This document shows, one piece after another, positions 63,427-64,000 of a DNA stretch of 64,000 bases. A program made the translations under genes and the position numbers. The stretch comes from an uncultured Armatimonadia bacterium. Lineage in GTDB: Bacteria > Armatimonadota > Zipacnadia > CAVVLO01. The stretch covers positions 480,001 through 544,000 of the forward strand of contig CAVVLO010000002.1 of the NCBI GenBank assembly GCA_963749155.1. Direction: 5' to 3'. How positions within the stretch are numbered: the stretch's first letter is position 1; the number at the start of each line of letters is the position of its first letter. Under the pieces are notes generated by a model that worked only from the letters and a program-made list of their open reading frames with translations, had not been told where the DNA came from and did no database searches.

Positions 63427-64000
63427 ATCCCTTCTCCCTGGGCATACACTGCGCGCGCGGCGCCATTACTTACCAGGTCATCGCCCTCAACCAGTCCATC
63501 TCGAAAGTGCACCACTCGCTGGGCATATTCCGCGATGTCAGCCTCGTGGGTGACCATCACGATGGTCTTGCCTTCCCGGTGAAGCTCTACAAAAAGGTCC
63601 ATTATCTCCTGGCTGGTGCGGGTATCCAGGTTGCCGGTCGGCTCGTCAGCCAGAATGACCGGCGGATCGTTTACCAGCGCTCTGGCGATGGCTACCCGCT
63701 GTTGCTGGCCCCCTGACAACTCGTTTGGCTTATGGTCCATCCGATCAACAAGGCCCACACGCAGCAAGGCAGCTCTTGCCAGGGCTTCCATATCGAGCTG
63801 TGCCGCTTGTTCGTTGTACATCAAGGGCAACATTACCTGTCTTATCGCCGTCCTGCGCGGTATCAGGTTGTAGGACTGGAACACAAAACCCAATTTCCGG
63901 TTGCGCAGCATCGCCAGTTCATCATCATCGAGCCCTGCCACTTCGCGCCCATCCAGCCTGTAAGAGCCTGATGTCGGAAGGTCCAGGCACCCGAGTACGT
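63423..64000 (-). CDS. MacB/LolD-type ABC transporter ATP-binding protein, 5' end outside the window
   Basis: [41 protein letters not shown] and VTH. Confidence 0.95.
   Translation of the reverse strand, partial: VLGCLDLPTSGSYRLDGREVAGLDDDELAMLRNRKLGFVFQSYNLIPRRTAIRQVMLPLMYNEQAAQLDMEALARAALLRVGLVDRMDHKPNELSGGQQQRVAIARALVNDPPVILADEPTGNLDTRTSQEIMDLFVELHREGKTIVMVTHEADIAEYAQRVVHFRDGLVEGDDLVSNGAARAVYAQGEGI

Overview
GC-rich (~60%) bacterial DNA, almost entirely one large carbohydrate-utilisation region of about 34 genes in about 11 transcription units. No rRNA, tRNA, CRISPR array or mobile element was seen. The gene set (DUF6785/6784-type membrane protein, URO-D-like protein, LamG/NPCBM-fused secreted enzymes, no SusC/SusD) resembles Armatimonadota or similar lineages; this taxonomy is a guess. 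About 16 genes are split by roughly 25-30 small frameshifts, most likely long-read consensus errors, and are re-joined here. The main candidate novel system is 39957-60056. It is a divergent locus around a DeoR regulator, in which a highly divergent RuBisCO-like protein (form IV; KEDE motif, no Lys177/Arg295/His327 equivalents) lies in an apparent operon with a LamG-GH127 fusion and a cytoplasmic Asp-box propeller. These face twin ~1,380-aa LamG/(alpha/alpha)-barrel paralogues, a cupin, an MtlD-like dehydrogenase, a TIM-barrel epimerase and a GH123-like enzyme. This suggests an uncharacterised, possibly branched-chain, sugar catabolic pathway. A second candidate is 34062-39878, with twin sulfatase-fold enzymes carrying Thr instead of the formylglycine Cys/Ser, two Gfo/Idh/MocA oxidoreductases and a TIM-barrel epimerase. 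A recurring sigma-H-like motif (xxAGGx-N16-18-GAAxx) precedes eight transcription units.
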